DNA from: Terriglobia bacterium | GTDB lineage: Bacteria; Acidobacteriota; Terriglobia; 20CM-2-55-15 | Assembly (NCBI GenBank): GCA_036496425.1 | Contig: DASXLG010000304.1 | Span: 7,919 to 71,918, forward strand | Direction of reading: 5' to 3' | DNA length: 64,000 nt | Part shown: one piece after another, positions 1-6,612 of the stretch | How positions within the stretch are numbered: position 1 is the stretch's first letter | Layout of the letters: every line of letters starts with the position of its first letter | Notes under the pieces: generated by a model | What the model saw: the letters and a program-made list of their open reading frames with translations, nothing else | What the model was told of the DNA's origin: nothing | The model's database searches: none | Position numbers and translations under genes: made by a program

Positions 1-154
1 CGCTCTGACGGTCCGCGGTGGGATTGTTTGTATTGCGGTCCTGTTTGTTGATCTGGGTATTGTCGGGCGGCGTATTCTGCTGCAGCGGGTGGGCATACAG
101 CGATAGTCCGGCGCCAAGAACGCAGATCATAATCAGATGTAGTGAGCGATTCAT
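1..154 (-). CDS. Partial CDS, 5' end only (gene continues past window start). N-terminus MNRSLHLIMICVLGAGLSLYAHP... looks like a signal peptide; function unknown
   Basis: My own minus-strand translation from the ATG (revcomp of cat at 152-154), open to the window edge; hydrophobic N-terminus. Absent from the ORF track because there is no stop codon inside the window. Confidence 0.3.
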   Translation of the reverse strand, partial: MNRSLHLIMICVLGAGLSLYAHPLQQNTPPDNTQINKQDRNTNNPTADRQS

Positions 155-275
155 TCGTACAACCTCGTTTCTGTAGAGTGGTAAACCGGGTGGCAACGGG
201 CGTACACCGATGCCCCGCAAAATGAACTGTTCATTCCATCGGGCCGATCAGGCCCATCAGGTGTGGAGCGAAGCG

Positions 276-851
276 TTATGCAGCGCGCTTCTTTTTTGTG
301 ACCTGGTCCATGACCGTTTCGAATGCCGCGCCGGCCGTCCGGACAGCCCGAGTCAAAAGGCCCGCTTGAAGTTGCATTTTGCGTTCCTGCATCTGTCTGC
401 CGAGTTCGCGGAGCTTTTCATCACCAATGGCCCTGCGGGCTTTCGGAAACATCTGCGACTCTTCTTCTTCGGCGTGATGATCGATAAGATCTTTCAGCAC
501 CTTCGCCTTGGCGCTGAATTCCTCAGACTCAACAGTGGTGGATTTGATTTCGGGTAATACGATGTCGACCAGATGATGTTCTTCCAGCGCCTCGAAATAA
601 AGGTGCCCGTCCGGCTTCCGCACCGCTGCTTTATAGGCCGGATAGAAAATTTCCTCTTCGATCTGAGTGTGCATCTTGATTTCGGTTTCGACCTCTTTCA
701 ATAGCGCTTCGCGCCGGCTGCCGGCTCTCTCCGTCGTTCGGTCCAGAGAGCTGAGCAAACGTTTCACCTTCCGGTGATCCTGAACCAAAAGGCTAATTGC
801 ATTAACAGCCCGGGCCGGGCGCCTCCTGCTTGTCTTCGAACCAGATGGCAT
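276..851 (-). CDS. Hemerythrin-like (HHE cation-binding) domain protein
   Basis: 191-aa ORF with spaced His/Glu motifs (LLVQDHRKV..., EHHLVD..., DLIDHHAEEEE) typical of hemerythrin-like metal-binding domains. Confidence 0.55.
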   Translation of the reverse strand: MPSGSKTSRRRPARAVNAISLLVQDHRKVKRLLSSLDRTTERAGSRREALLKEVETEIKMHTQIEEEIFYPAYKAAVRKPDGHLYFEALEEHHLVDIVLPEIKSTTVESEEFSAKAKVLKDLIDHHAEEEESQMFPKARRAIGDEKLRELGRQMQERKMQLQAGLLTRAVRTAGAAFETVMDQVTKKKRAA

Positions 852-960
852 CTATATTCCCTCCTAGTGTTGAAATGGACGCGTGGAACCTTGCACGCAG
901 GTTGCCGAAGCGCTCGAGCTACTGCATACGCGCACAGCGGGCTCGAGCACGCAGAACGGC

Positions 961-1971
961 CTACCGGAAATTGACGGAACGCTGGGAACGCAAGAAAGCT
1001 GCGATCGGATCGAGCTGCGTGGCTCCGCCGATATTCCAGCGGAGAAGGACGCTCGAGGCATCGATTGGAAGCGATGCGATATTACCCACGTACTTCGCAC
1101 GGGCTTGAATGTAGTCTTCAACATTTGAAATGTAGAAGACGTGCACCGTTGCACCATGATCCTTCAGGTATTGACCGACGGCTCGAATCGCCTTCGGGCC
1201 GGCGAAGTCGCCCACCAGCGGCACAATCCGATTCTGCTGCTGCATAAGGCGGACCCGGTCATAGTTTTCCTTCGTTGCGAGATAAGCCCAGTTTTTACCG
1301 CGGCCGTCGGTGAGCGTCATTAATGTTGCATAGCCCGGGCTGAGGAAGCTCGAGTTGAAGAGTTCGACGCCTTCCCCCGCGAACGTCCGGAAAAGAGTAC
1401 GGATTCCGCGTTCATCCTCGGCCGTCAGCGCGAAATGATGCCGCGTCTTCAAGCGATCCACGATCAAGTTGGCGTTTTTCGCGGCGAGCGCCGGATCGGC
1501 CGGCACACGCGCGAACGCTTCAAAGATCGTTGCAACAGGACTATCGCCGGTCAACTGGGGCGGGGCTCTCCTTGAAAAAAGATTCGCGACGAATTCCACG
1601 CGGTTTGCAGACATCTCGAAGACGCATTTGTACATCAGGTGTTCCAGCATCATTTCGCGCCGGATATCGAAGATGAACGCGATCTTCGGTTGCACTGCCG
1701 CGATATAGGTGAAGTTCTGTTCCGGTCCAACGCCGAGGTACGCCCCGCCGGCGCGCGGTGTCTTCATGAGGTCGGGAAGAGAATGCTGATAGGTCAGCTC
1801 GTTCGATGTGACGACGTTGTATTGATAATATCCGGCGGGTTCAGAGAAATCGTTGATCATCTTCCAATATTCCGCGTCGCTTAACTGAGGCGGCAGCGTT
1901 TCCGCAGATAAAACGATCTGCAGCAACACGAGACAAACCGTTATGACGGATAGCCAGCAGCGAAGGCGCAT
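961..1971 (-). CDS. Secreted protein of unknown function; paralog of 49303..50229
   Basis: The track ORF 961..2439 has a GC-frame N-extension. The start is reassigned to MRLRCWLSVITVCLVLLQIVLSAETLPPQLSD (ATG = revcomp 1969-1971), which gives a signal peptide. Shares blocks ETLP-QLSD-E-WK, GVGPEQNFTYI, IFDIRR, VGDFAGPKAIRAVGQYLKD, SNVE with the ORF at 49303..50229. Confidence 0.6.
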   Translation of the reverse strand: MRLRCWLSVITVCLVLLQIVLSAETLPPQLSDAEYWKMINDFSEPAGYYQYNVVTSNELTYQHSLPDLMKTPRAGGAYLGVGPEQNFTYIAAVQPKIAFIFDIRREMMLEHLMYKCVFEMSANRVEFVANLFSRRAPPQLTGDSPVATIFEAFARVPADPALAAKNANLIVDRLKTRHHFALTAEDERGIRTLFRTFAGEGVELFNSSFLSPGYATLMTLTDGRGKNWAYLATKENYDRVRLMQQQNRIVPLVGDFAGPKAIRAVGQYLKDHGATVHVFYISNVEDYIQARAKYVGNIASLPIDASSVLLRWNIGGATQLDPIAAFLRSQRSVNFR

Positions 1972-1990
1972 TTTTAGAGACCTCACAGCT

Positions 1991-3838
1991 TTATTCCAGG
2001 CCGAGTTCGCCGCAGCGCCGGCGAAACGATGTAGGGTGCCAGCCGAGGCGGCGGGCTGCTTCCGCCCGGTTCCTGCCGGTCTCGCGAAGGATTCGTTCGA
2101 AAAGGGATTTCTGAAAGGCGTCGAACTCCCGGTCATACAGCGTCCCGCCGTGCGCAGCCGTGGAATCGGAAGGCGCCCGGACCTCTTTAGGCAGATCTTC
2201 CGGCAGGATGTAGGGCGTCGCACCCATCGAAATTGCCCACTCGATCGCGTTTTCGAGTTCGCGAACATTGCCGGGCCAGCCGTACGCGCCGAGCAATCGA
2301 TGGGCTTCAGGGCTGATTCCCGCGACTTCGGGATACGGCGCGCACCGGATGCTCCGGTGCTTGCGGACGAAATGTGCGGCCAGTTCCGGAATGTCTTCGC
2401 GGCGTTGGGCAAGGGAGGGCATCTGGAGTGGGAGAACATTCAGCCGGTAAAACAAGTCCTCCCGGAAACGCCCCTTCTGGACTTCTTCGCGCAGGTCGCG
2501 GTTTGTCGCCGCGATGATCCGCACGTCCACTTTGATCGGAGTGTGCGAGCCGAGCCGTTTGACTTCGCCTTCCTGAATGACGCGCAGAAGATCCACCTGC
2601 ATGTTCAGTGGAAGTTCGCCGATTTCATCCAGAAAGACCGTGCAGCCGTCGGCGTCCTCGAATAGCCCTTTCCGCTGGGCGACCGCGCCCGTGAACGCGC
2701 CGCGTTCATACCCGAACAGCTCGCTTTGCAGCAGGCTTTCGCTGAACGCACCGCAATTGACCGCAATGAGGCGTTTCGGCGCCCGCGGGCTGTTGCGGTG
2801 AATCGCATACGCCACCAGTTCCTTACCCGTACCACTGGGGCCGATGATCAGAACAGGCCGCTCGCCTGGACCCGCGCGGCCGATGAAGGCATACACCTCC
2901 TTCATTCGTTCACTCCTGCCGATCATCCCGTGCTCCGCGTAAAGCATTTCGGTCAGGCGGCGGTTTTCGGTTTCGAGCCATGTGACGTATCGCAGGTGCT
3001 CGAGGGCGACGGCCGTCGACGCAGCGACCGATTCCAGCACCGCGATGTGGCCGGCGGTGAACCATTCGGCGCCCGCCTGCGCCATCGCGGCGTAGATGAC
3101 GCCCACCCTGGTGTCGAAAGCCGTCATCGGATAACAGACCGCCTTGTCTGTGTAATTCGGAATGCCTTCGCGAAGAACTCTGACAGCGGCCGCTTCATCG
3201 ACCGGAAATGCATCGCCGTTGCGCGATCCCAGGCTGCGGTAAGTGGACGAAACGAAGCGGTCCTGCTCGTGGCCCGCCATCAGGATTGCCGCCCGGTCGA
3301 CCGGCATGACCTCAAAGATGAAATCGAGCGCGCGCCCCTGGATTTCCTCCGCCTTGCGGATCGCATTGATCGAAGCGTGCAGCTGCAAAACCGCGGAGAG
3401 GGTCGTTCCTTTTGCGGCTTCGTAGTGTCCGGCGCGATCCGGCGGGTAGTTATCGTAGCACCAGCGCCGCTCGGCCGGCGTGAACTGCAGCAGCGATGCA
3501 TCCACCTGGTCATGCAGAAGGTAAACGAAGATCGAACGGCCGATCCGAATGTGGTCGCCGTGATCCGCGAACTTCCCGGGAAAGGAGAATTCGTTCACAA
3601 ATGTCCCGTGCTCGCTGCAGCAGTCCAGAACCATGCAACGATCCTCTTCGAACGTGATGCTGCAATGCTTGAGCGATACGAGCGGATCTTTCAGAGAAAT
3701 GTGATTGCGCGCTCCGCGCCCGATGTCGAGCTTCGATTTACCTAGCGGAAATTCCATGCCCTCGAATTCGCCGGCAATACCCAGAAGTCGCGGATTCATG
3801 ATGCCGGACATGCTAGTGGAATACAGAGTCTCGCGCAC
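1991..3838 (-). CDS. Sigma-54-dependent transcriptional activator (bacterial enhancer-binding protein) with N-terminal FHA-like and GAF-like regions, an AAA+ sigma-54 interaction domain and a C-terminal Fis-type HTH
   Basis: GPSGTGKE Walker A, GAFTGA sigma-54 contact motif, EDLFYRLNV, WPGNVRELEN, C-terminal HTH (AARRLGWHPTSFRRR); N-terminal ~100 aa resembles an FHA domain. Confidence 0.9.
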   Translation of the reverse strand: MRETLYSTSMSGIMNPRLLGIAGEFEGMEFPLGKSKLDIGRGARNHISLKDPLVSLKHCSITFEEDRCMVLDCCSEHGTFVNEFSFPGKFADHGDHIRIGRSIFVYLLHDQVDASLLQFTPAERRWCYDNYPPDRAGHYEAAKGTTLSAVLQLHASINAIRKAEEIQGRALDFIFEVMPVDRAAILMAGHEQDRFVSSTYRSLGSRNGDAFPVDEAAAVRVLREGIPNYTDKAVCYPMTAFDTRVGVIYAAMAQAGAEWFTAGHIAVLESVAASTAVALEHLRYVTWLETENRRLTEMLYAEHGMIGRSERMKEVYAFIGRAGPGERPVLIIGPSGTGKELVAYAIHRNSPRAPKRLIAVNCGAFSESLLQSELFGYERGAFTGAVAQRKGLFEDADGCTVFLDEIGELPLNMQVDLLRVIQEGEVKRLGSHTPIKVDVRIIAATNRDLREEVQKGRFREDLFYRLNVLPLQMPSLAQRREDIPELAAHFVRKHRSIRCAPYPEVAGISPEAHRLLGAYGWPGNVRELENAIEWAISMGATPYILPEDLPKEVRAPSDSTAAHGGTLYDREFDAFQKSLFERILRETGRNRAEAARRLGWHPTSFRRRCGELGLE

Positions 3839-3845
3839 GAGAAAA

Positions 3846-4260
3846 ACGCGTGCAGTGCTGGAAATGGCTTAGCAGCGTTGCATCCCCGATTCCAGCGCCG
3901 GAAATGGTTGAGCAGTGCTGCACCGCCGATTGCTGTGTAGGAAATGATTGAGCAGTGTTGCATCGGCGATTGCAGTGCAGCAGAAGATTCAGCAGTGCTG
4001 CATCCCCGGTTGCAAGGCGGCAAATGGTTCAGCAGCGCTGCATCGCCGATTGCAGTGAAGCAAACGATTTAGCAATGCTGCATCGCCCGTTGCAGCACTG
4101 CAAATGCCGGAGCAGCCTTGCAGCCTGCTTTGCGCCGCTGCAAAAGGTTTAGCAGTACTGCTTCGGCAGATGCAGCGCAGCATCCGGTTTTGCAACGCTG
4201 CATCGGCAATAGCAGTCTTGGAAATGATTCTGCAGCACTGCATCGCCATTTCCCGGATAA
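3846..4260. repeat. Tandem array of ~10 degenerate copies of a 40-bp unit (approx. GAAATGGTTGAGCAGTGCTGCATCGCCGATTGCAGTGCAG); non-coding minisatellite in a divergent intergenic region
   Basis: Units phased exactly every 40 bp from 3861 to 4260 (a partial unit at 3846-3860); all positions are similarly conserved, so there is no spacer alternation. Both strands carry short mirror ORFs with repeated peptides, which are artefacts. Confidence 0.85.
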
Positions 4261-4291
4261 CAAACACCGACGGGGTGCGTCGGCGCTATTT

Positions 4292-4330
4292 CGCAACCTA
4301 CAGGTTGCGGACCGCAACCTGTAGGTTGCG
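4292..4330. promoter_or_regulatory. Two adjacent 18-bp palindromes, CGCAACCTACAGGTTGCG-GAC-CGCAACCTGTAGGTTGCG; candidate enhancer/UAS or operator
   Basis: Each element has perfect 8-bp arms around a 2-nt centre, and the two are reverse complements of each other. They lie ~75 bp upstream of a candidate sigma-54 -24 element and ~150 bp upstream of the FN3 gene start. Confidence 0.45.
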
Positions 4331-4404
4331 GTCGTCGAAAGCCTTTCCCATCCCCGGGCCTTGCAAGTTATTGATTTTTAAAGAATGGCATCCGGGCGCG
4401 TGAA

Positions 4405-4420
4405 TGGCACAGCGCGTGCG
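4405..4420 (+). promoter_or_regulatory. Candidate sigma-54 (-24/-12) promoter, TGGCAC-N5-GTGC, upstream of the FN3-domain gene
   Basis: Perfect -24 TGGCAC, 5-nt spacer, and a -12 GTGC that keeps the conserved GC. It sits 60 bp upstream of the ATG at 4480, and a sigma-54 activator gene lies divergently. Confidence 0.35.
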
Positions 4421-4479
4421 ATATAGGACGGCGTTCGTTGGAATTCAATCGCGGGGCGGTCCCGCAGAAAGGAGGGAAT

Positions 4480-5121
4480 ATGACAAAGACAATACCGATC
4501 AAAGCCTTGCTGGGTTTCAGGAGAAACTCAGCGAATGATGTACTCGCCCGGGTAAACGCCGTTCTCGGCGGGGTATTCACCGATACGGTCGACTATCCCA
4601 ACCCGTCTATCGATCTGGCGACGCTGAAATCGCAAGCCGATGCACTGTCGGCCGGCATTTCGGCGGCGTTGGACGGCGGCAAGAGAGCCATTGCCGAACG
4701 GGAACATCAGAAGGAGATCGTGATCAAGTCGTTGCGTCAAATCGGACACTACGTCGAGGAGAACTGCAAGGACGACATGACGATCTTCCTGAAGAGCGGA
4801 TACGACGTGGTCTCCACGACACGTGTTCCGGTTGCTCCGTTGTCGGATTCGATCCGCAAGATCGTTCCGGCCAACAACAGCGGCCAGATGCTCGTAACGC
4901 TCATCGCTCAGGCGGCCGCGCTCAGCTATGTTTTGCGCTGGGCTCCGGTCGCTGCGGGCGGGATGCCGGGAAACTGGACCGAGCAGCCGGTGGGCACCAC
5001 ACGCCCGCCGGCGCTGGTAACCGGTTTGACGCCGGGCACGGCCTACGCTTTCCAGGTCCGTGCCGTCACGAAGGCCGGTTATACCGACTGGCGTGAGTCC
5101 GTCACGCGGATCGCGATCTAG
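4480..5121 (+). CDS. Hypothetical protein with a C-terminal fibronectin type III-like domain
   Basis: The track ORF 4438..5121 is trimmed to MTKTIPIK, which has an RBS (GGAGGGAATATG). C-terminal LTPGTAYAFQVRAVTKAGYTDW is an FN3-like signature. No signal peptide. Confidence 0.65.
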   Translation: MTKTIPIKALLGFRRNSANDVLARVNAVLGGVFTDTVDYPNPSIDLATLKSQADALSAGISAALDGGKRAIAEREHQKEIVIKSLRQIGHYVEENCKDDMTIFLKSGYDVVSTTRVPVAPLSDSIRKIVPANNSGQMLVTLIAQAAALSYVLRWAPVAAGGMPGNWTEQPVGTTRPPALVTGLTPGTAYAFQVRAVTKAGYTDWRESVTRIAI

Positions 5122-5131
5122 ATCCGTTTGA

Positions 5132-5177
5132 CATGTTAGAGGGGAGCGGGTGTGCACGCCCGCTTCCCTCTAACATG
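5132..5177 (+). terminator. Long GC-rich hairpin (~21-bp stem, 2 mismatches / G:U) immediately 3' of the FN3 gene; putative terminator without a clear U-tract
   Basis: CATGTTAGAGGGGAGCGGGTG-TG-CACGCCCGCTTCCCTCTAACATG starting 11 nt after the stop codon. Confidence 0.45.
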
Positions 5178-5213
5178 CACAGGTTCCGCCTCTTGCCAAG
5201 CCATCGTGGCGAA

Positions 5214-5586
5214 CTATTCCGCGGACTGATTGTTGGCACCCTCACTGGGTTCGACCCGGCCGAGCGCCTCATCGGTTGCGAGCTCCAAGTCATCAAGTTC
5301 GTCTTGCGAGAGCATTCGGATCTTCGCCTGTAGTGCCGATTTTGGAATCGCTCTCAACTGAAACGCGAGTGCAACAGAGTCTTCTCGTGGGCCATCCTCA
5401 GAAGCGAGGATCAAAGCAGTGCCAGCCAGGTTGGCTCTTTCGAGATTGGTTGTGAGGAATGACAAGAACGGATTGAAGAACGTTTGTTAACGTGTCGCTT
5501 TGCCAGATGATGACAGGCCGCCGACCCATTTGCTCGCGCGGTCGGTATGCTCCAAGATCTGCCCACCAGACTTCGCCTCGATTCAA
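5214..5586 (-). pseudogene. MazF/PemK-family mRNA interferase toxin, disrupted by a single frameshift
   Basis: ORF 5398..5586 (MNRGEVWWADLGAYRPREQMGRRPVIIWQSD...VLVIP) matches the MazF N-terminus. ORF 5214..5465 in another frame (TTNLERANLAGTALIL...REDSVALAFQLRAIPKSAL) matches the MazF C-terminus. Span 373 nt (372 + 1 nt). Confidence 0.6.
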
Positions 5587-5808
5587 TTATTGATCCTCTT
5601 CATCAAGGCTGGCAGACCAACTCGCAAGGCCGTCTTCGGCGAGATCCAGATCTTCCGTGGTCGCCGCCTTTCGAAAACGCTCGAGATCCCAGCGTTTAGG
5701 ATCCGGCTGCCGAACGATAATCAGATTCACGCGTTCACCTGAACGGAGCGGTAAAGGCTTTGTGGGCCTCAGCACTCCCTTTTCATAATGAGCTTCGACA
5801 AGTTTCAT
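5587..5808 (-). CDS. Putative antitoxin (DUF104-like small protein) upstream of the MazF-like toxin
   Basis: MKLVEAHYEKGVLRPTKPLPLRSGERVNLIIV resembles DUF104 antitoxin-like proteins. Its stop abuts the toxin start. The track ORF 5587..5904 is trimmed to the internal Met. Confidence 0.5.
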   Translation of the reverse strand: MKLVEAHYEKGVLRPTKPLPLRSGERVNLIIVRQPDPKRWDLERFRKAATTEDLDLAEDGLASWSASLDEEDQ

Positions 5809-5909
5809 TGAATTTATGCTATCACGGGCAACCACAGATCTGTTGTCCGATGGATATTGTGATTCTGTATTCGAAAAGGTGCAGAAATTTCCGAATTCCG
5901 TCAAACGCC

Positions 5910-6376
5910 GAATTCACCTCGAATCACGCCTGCCTATGGGCAGTTCTGGATAATTCGGTGTCTGTCCCCGGAATTCGAAATGCCGAGAAGGCGGAAGAAA
6001 TCGCCGTCGACTTCGTGACCGAGGCGGAATTGGAGCGGTATGTTCGGACCTTCGCGAATGCGGCGTTGACATAATCCATCGCGGCAAGGTCGGAGAAGGA
6101 TCGCGTGTTCCGGCAGAAATCGTCGAACTCGGGATAGGACATCGAGGATTCGCCGATCCCGCGAACCGGGAAGAACTGACGGCGGCGCCGATCATTCGGA
6201 GCGTGACGACTTGGGAAGGGTTGGGAACCGGGAGCGGCCGGAAGACCAGGCCGTTTGCGACGCTGAAGATGACGGAATTCGCGCCGATTGCCAACGCGAT
6301 GGAAGAGCTCTGCGGTCATGGCAAAGCCCGGAGATTGCCAGAGGGCGCGGAGGGCAAATTTGAAATCATTCAGCAT
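5910..6376 (-). pseudogene. 5' remnant of an ADOP-type (FtsX/MacB-like) ABC transporter permease gene; about 150 codons with two frameshifts, then truncated
   Basis: ORF 5924..6376 begins MLNDFKFALRALWQSPGF (characteristic ADOP N-terminus). ORF 5914..6294 in another frame holds IGANSVIFSVANGLVFRPLPVPNP. SYPEFDDFCRNTRSFSDLAA returns in the first frame. A full-length ADOP gene is ~2.4 kb. Confidence 0.5.
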
Positions 6377-6392
6377 CGGGGCATGATAACCG

Positions 6393-6553
6393 ATCGGGTC
6401 ATTGGGTCATCTGGTCAGGTACATGTGACGTTCGACATTGGACATTTCACATATGACATATGGGAAACCGTCCCCAATGTCACATGTCAAACGTCCCATG
6501 TCGAACGTCAAATGTACTTGACCAGATGACCCAACCACCAGATAACCCAATCC
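6393..6553. repeat. ~160-bp near-perfect palindromic element (MITE/REP-like) with ~35-bp terminal inverted repeats and internal GACAT / CACATGT repeats
   Basis: GGGTCATCTGGTCAGGTACATGTGACGTTCGACAT ... ATGTCGAACGTCAAATGTACTTGACCAGATGACCC (2 mismatches). The track ORFs 6203..6529(+) and 6407..6619(-) both end in ...MYLTR, which is a palindrome artefact. Confidence 0.6.
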
Positions 6554-6612
6554 ATTCCCCCTCTGCCGCACCCGCCAAATCTGATAAAGTACCGCCCCAG
6601 GAGAATCCTCAT

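Noticed and set aside
210-557. 115-aa plus-strand ORF
   Set aside because: Fully overlapped on the opposite strand by the hemerythrin-like gene, which has recognisable motifs. There is no RBS or domain support for the plus-strand frame.
3846-4260. Possible CRISPR array (regularly spaced repeats)
   Set aside because: All 40 positions of each unit are similarly conserved between copies. There is no alternation of conserved repeats with unique spacers, and no cas genes anywhere in the window. It is a minisatellite.
3955-4403. Track ORFs 3955..4152(+), 3989..4267(-), 4069..4317(-), 4104..4403(+), 4118..4324(+) with repetitive Cys/Ala/Gln peptides
   Set aside because: They lie wholly inside the 40-bp tandem repeat on both strands with mirror-image repeated peptides. 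They are artefacts of the repeat, not genes.
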